64,000 bases of DNA from an uncultured delta proteobacterium (GTDB taxonomy: Bacteria; Desulfobacterota; Syntrophia; Syntrophales; UBA2185). The stretch is from contig CAVSPA010000004.1 in NCBI GenBank assembly GCA_963729715.1, positions 576,001 to 640,000 on the forward strand, written 5' to 3'. Positions 61,907 through 64,000 of this stretch are shown here, piece after piece. Numbering within the stretch: the first letter of the stretch is position 1; every line of letters starts with the position of its first letter. A model generated the notes under the pieces. The model saw only the letters and a program-made list of their open reading frames with translations, was not told where the DNA came from and did no database searches. The translations under genes and the position numbers were made by a program.

Positions 61907-62575
61907 ATGTTTGTACATTTCTGGATGGCAAAATCGCCCGTCGTGGCGACTGAAGAAATGAGTCTTGAAGAAGTCCTGTATTTGATGAAGAAGCACAAGA
62001 TCAGGCGGCTCCCTGTCATTCGCGGGGAAAACGATCTTTGCGGAATGATCGTTATCTCGGATATCTACCCCTATGTCGGTCCACACGCGATGACGAAAGC
62101 CCTTTTTTCTCCCGAAGTGACCGAGCAATTGCGAAATGTGCATGTCGCGTCGGTAATGACCAAGTCGCCGATTACCTGTGCTCGCAATGCGACGATAGAC
62201 GAAATCGGGGTAGTGATGCGGCGCAATAAAATAGGAGCTGTGCCTGTCGTCGAAGGAACAAAAGTGGTCGGCATTATCACGGAATCAGACATTCTCGGGG
62301 TATTGTCCAATATTGCCCAGATGGGATCGGATAGCAGGCGCATATTCTTCCGTATCCCCGTCGCGGAAAGAATAAACACTTTTTACAAAATCGTATCGTT
62401 GTGCGAACAGAACGAGCTTGAGATTTTGACTATCCTCATCCATCCCATTCCGGAAGAACAAAGCCATCTCGTGATGATGAGGGTACGCGGCAAAAAGGTA
62501 TCCGAATTTATCGATATGCTGTGGCGTAACCACTATGAAGTGCTGATTACATCGCTGAAGCAAGAAGAGAAATAA
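61907..62575 (+). CDS. CBS-pair plus ACT-like domain protein (AcuB-like)
   Basis: IRRLPV, VM.KSP, IGAVPVV..VGIITESD. Confidence 0.85.
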   Translation: MFVHFWMAKSPVVATEEMSLEEVLYLMKKHKIRRLPVIRGENDLCGMIVISDIYPYVGPHAMTKALFSPEVTEQLRNVHVASVMTKSPITCARNATIDEIGVVMRRNKIGAVPVVEGTKVVGIITESDILGVLSNIAQMGSDSRRIFFRIPVAERINTFYKIVSLCEQNELEILTILIHPIPEEQSHLVMMRVRGKKVSEFIDMLWRNHYEVLITSLKQEEK

Positions 62576-62630
62576 GCGTCCTTAAACCGCGTAATTGAAA
62601 GCAGTGAAAGGGGCACCGGGAGATAGCTAA

Positions 62631-63173
62631 ATGAGAAAATTCATCCTCATTATTTTATTCCTCGCAGTAGGGTGTGCTACTCCGCAAATATCAACCTATA
62701 CCAAGCAGGACACAGATTTCTCCAAATACAAGAAGGTTGCTGTCATTAAATTTGATTGTAAGGAATCAAGCGTAGGACAGGAGGTGTCGGATCGAGTTGC
62801 GTTAAGTTTTATGAAAAAAGGATTTAACGTTGTTGAAAAGAGTCAATTGAAGGCCATAATAGACGAAAACTCTATAATGGCCGCCGGTTTGACTGAACCA
62901 ACCAGGTCGGCGCTGCAGATTGAAGGCATTGATGGTTTGGTAGTAGGCTCAGTAACAAGATATGATTGCGAGCAAAGTGCTGCTGCATTCTACGCAAGCG
63001 GAATGGCAATGGCTACTAAGAAAAATCTTTGCCATGCTTCCATCTCTTTTAAAATGTTGAATATACAAAATGGAGAAGTTCTTTGGGCAGGTCAGGGATC
63101 TCATTCGCTAAGAGGGAGGGATATGACTACGGGCAACGTATTGCAGAAATTAATTGAAAAGATAGAAGTTTAA
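62631..63173 (+). CDS. Lipoprotein, CsgG/DUF799-like
   Basis: Lipobox LAVGC, KKVAVIKF, GFNVVEK, GSVTRY, GEVLW. Confidence 0.65.
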   Translation: MRKFILIILFLAVGCATPQISTYTKQDTDFSKYKKVAVIKFDCKESSVGQEVSDRVALSFMKKGFNVVEKSQLKAIIDENSIMAAGLTEPTRSALQIEGIDGLVVGSVTRYDCEQSAAAFYASGMAMATKKNLCHASISFKMLNIQNGEVLWAGQGSHSLRGRDMTTGNVLQKLIEKIEV

Positions 63174-63397
63174 ATGCCTTAACAATTTCTTGCCTTGAAT
63201 AGGGAGTAGTTTCTTAATATCCTCGGTCTTTCATTGCATAGCGGTGATGAAGATCGATTGATAACCCTCAGCTGCAATACTGCCTTCAAGCATTCCTTCG
63301 TTACTTGTCGCCATTTTGTTTTGACATTGAACGCCTTTTTCCGTATTCTTATCCAACCCCAAACATACTCTTTATCAAGAAAGGAAAGGAGACAGTC

Positions 63398-64000
63398 ATG
63401 AAACATAATAGAGTCCGATTAACAATTGCGACCATAATATTGCTTCTGTTCTTTCCCTTAGCTGCGAGTGCGCAGCTTATGATCATCGGCAACGACGAGA
63501 AAGTGACATGGGACGACGCCGGAAAGGTTGTGTTCACGGCTCCCGGCAAAGACACGGTCTCCATCGTGGACATCTCCAAGCGGGAATCGCCGCGGATCAT
63601 CGCCAACCTTCCGCTGACCAACTCGGTTTTTGGCCCGCCGACGAACTTGGCCATCACGCCGAATGGGCGGCTGGCCATCGTGGCGAACTCCTTCAACAAC
63701 GTGCCTGATGGCGCAGGATGGAAGTCCGTGCCCGATAACAAGGTTTACGTTATCGATCTTACGACAAGCCCGCCCAGCCACATCGCCACCGTTGAGGTGG
63801 GCAAGCAGCCCTCCGGCCTCGACATCAACCGGGCCGGCAACCTGGCGCTGGTCACCAACCGCGCGGATAACTCCATCAGCGTGCTGTCCATTGAGGGGAA
63901 GGAAGTGAAGCTGGTGGACACGGTGCCCATGGGCGAGCAGGTGGCCGCTGTGGCCTTCACCCCGGACGGGAAGCGCGCTCTGGCGGCGAAGTTCCCCGGA
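63398..64000 (+). CDS. Exported YVTN/YncE-like beta-propeller protein (partial; absent from ORF track)
   Basis: AGGAG RBS, signal peptide ..ASAQ, repeats LAITPNGRLA, VGKQPSGLDI, VAFTPDGKRA. Confidence 0.85.
   Translation, partial: MKHNRVRLTIATIILLLFFPLAASAQLMIIGNDEKVTWDDAGKVVFTAPGKDTVSIVDISKRESPRIIANLPLTNSVFGPPTNLAITPNGRLAIVANSFNNVPDGAGWKSVPDNKVYVIDLTTSPPSHIATVEVGKQPSGLDINRAGNLALVTNRADNSISVLSIEGKEVKLVDTVPMGEQVAAVAFTPDGKRALAAKFPG

Overview
Bacterial chromosomal window of about 60 CDS. Gene content and order suggest an anaerobic Deltaproteobacterium (Desulfobacterota/Syntrophales-like); this is inference only. The left part is mostly housekeeping: znuC/znuB, sodB, a radC pseudogene, trpS-scpA-scpB-rluB, ihfB, hup, nadK-recN-argA-like-mltA, and a multi-PAS hybrid kinase. 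The 19.5-35 kb stretch holds a split cell-wall/sugar-nucleotide gene set: SpoIID/LytB, MurU, AmgK, GT2, DUF4922, an M15 peptidase, a DUF1460 amidase, GalE and DUF218. Its hydrolases lack visible signal peptides, suggesting an uncharacterised cytoplasmic peptidoglycan-recycling route. The set is interrupted by a tandem-domain NDK, clpS-clpA-aat and an intact IS200. Next come a MarR-EmrAB-TolC efflux operon and a dicarboxylate/Na+ region: DASS transporter with decarboxylating dehydrogenase, a putative Na+/H+ antiporter behind a probable Na+ (DUF1646) riboswitch, and a small protein-SSS symporter-orphan MdcA unit. The right end has a GGDEF-PilZ pair, a DEAD-box helicase, and a leaderless MarR with two operators whose enoyl-CoA hydratase target leader carries a miniature IS200/IS605-like element. 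No rRNA, tRNA or CRISPR array was seen. Family assignments come from motif recognition by eye, not database searches.
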